From Hypanus sabinus (lineage: Eukaryota): a DNA stretch of 64,000 bases. Within the stretch, counting starts at the first letter, position 1; every line of letters starts with the position of its first letter. A model generated the notes under the pieces. The model saw only the letters and a program-made list of their open reading frames with translations. It was not told the DNA's origin and ran no database searches. The stretch is taken from contig NC_082730.1 of assembly GCF_030144855.1 (NCBI RefSeq), positions 15,252,001-15,316,000 of the forward strand, given 5' to 3'. Below are positions 62,760 through 64,000 of this stretch, piece by piece. The translations under genes were made by a program, and so were the position numbers.

Positions 62760-63420
62760 TCTCTGGGAGCAATCAGTGCAGCAGGAATATCCTGATGCTC
62801 CACAGCAGTACAGAGCCCTGCAGTGAGTTGACAAGAGTAATGAAACCCCTCTCATGTTGCTCTCACCCAGTGGAGGGTCTAACCCACTGATGGGACACCA
62901 ATTTCCAGGGGAAAGCTTAGTATATTTTCCTGCCTCTGGACTCCATTAAGTGTCACCCTGTCAGAGGAGGAGGCCTTTGCTATCCTGAGGCACATCGGTG
63001 TGGATTGATCCCCAGGGCCTGCTAAGGTGTTCCCTCGGACCTCATGGGAGACACGTGCAGAAAATACCTGGGCCCTGACAAACATATTTTAGCTATTCTT
63101 AGTAACAGGAGAGGTACCAGAGTGTCAGAGAGAAGCCAAAGTTGTTCTGCTGCTAAAAAAGGCTCTAAGCATAAATTAGGAAATTGTAGGGCAATGAATC
63201 TCACATCAGTTGCTGGAAAGTTACTGGCATGTATTCTAAGTGACCGGATAGACATATCATATTTGGATAGACATGGGCTGATTAAGAATAGTCATCATGG
63301 CTTTGTGTGTGGTAGTACATGTCTAATCAAACTTATAGATTTAATCAAGGAGGTTGCCAGGAAAGTGGATAAAGGCAAGGCAGTGTATGTTGTTTATGTA
63401 CATTTATAGCAAGGCATTTA
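62760..63420 (+). mobile_element. Degenerate CR1 ORF2 fragments
   Basis: ORF 63044-63409 GNCRAMNLTSVAGKLL..SHHGFVCG..LIDLIKEV. Confidence 0.7.
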
Positions 63421-64000
63421 CCCTCTCCTAAACATCCACAAACATTCATTCTAATGAAACTCCAAACCTCATGCAATAAAGGACTGTACACCATTTGCTC
63501 TTCTTACAAACCGTCATGCAAAAAAAAAAATTCAATTTGTTTACAAGACACCTGCATACCTGTTTCTCGCATTTGCAATTTTTAATATGTACTGTAGAAA
63601 ACAGTCTGTTTTTAGGTTCCTTATATTGAAGTTCATAACCTCATACTGTCCCATTGACCATGTCTTAGCTCCACTTTCATCTATCTATATACAGTTGGGG
63701 AGCCCTGATATCATCATCAAACCACACATATTTATGTCGTTGCTAATGTAGTGTTTACTTATCTTTCTTTTTTCAATATTTGTATTGATTTCGTACAAAC
63801 AAGAATACAGAGTACAGGAGGTTATATTTCAGATATCAACTACAATATATGTGAATCACACTTATAGTCTCATTACCCCATATTAATGTAAATTAAATTG
63901 AATTGTAATATTGAAAAGTAATAGTTTTATTAGACTAAAAAAATCTAAACGCACTGACAAGAAAAGCTCTTTGGTAAAGAAAGAAAAAAAGCAAAAAAAA

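Noticed and set aside
1-64000. CRISPR arrays, rRNA, tRNA genes or prokaryotic operons
   Set aside because: None seen; the only tRNA-related sequence is the retroelement PBS, and the DNA is intron-containing vertebrate sequence.

Overview
Vertebrate nuclear DNA, most likely from a cartilaginous fish (ray/skate), inferred from the repeat repertoire (CR1, Rex1/Babar, fish-type L1, Penelope-like, Gypsy, Tc1) and the receptor type. Most of the window is transposon-derived. The host content is a cluster of CD300/pIgR-like immunoglobulin-superfamily receptor genes resembling the skate MDIR family. One gene is intact as far as it can be traced (leader 49023-49062, V exon 50434-50754, second Ig exon 53027-53347). 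A second intact V exon (62384-62704) has no visible leader, and three V pseudo-exons (about 3.5 kb -, 18.6 kb -, 32.7 kb +) break off at the same point and lie in a triplicated, partly inverted block. Notable elements are a full-length L1 with both ORFs open and a 15-bp TSD (7557-13706), a Gmr1-like LTR element lacking IN/RT/RH (19192-24667), a Tc1 remnant, a Penelope-like element with an inverted terminal repeat, 13-bp TSD and hammerhead-like motif (45389-47637), and a decayed chromodomain Gypsy element (about 55326-62231) containing a CR1 that itself contains a solo LTR. Everything was read by eye with no database searches; boundaries of decayed repeats are approximate.
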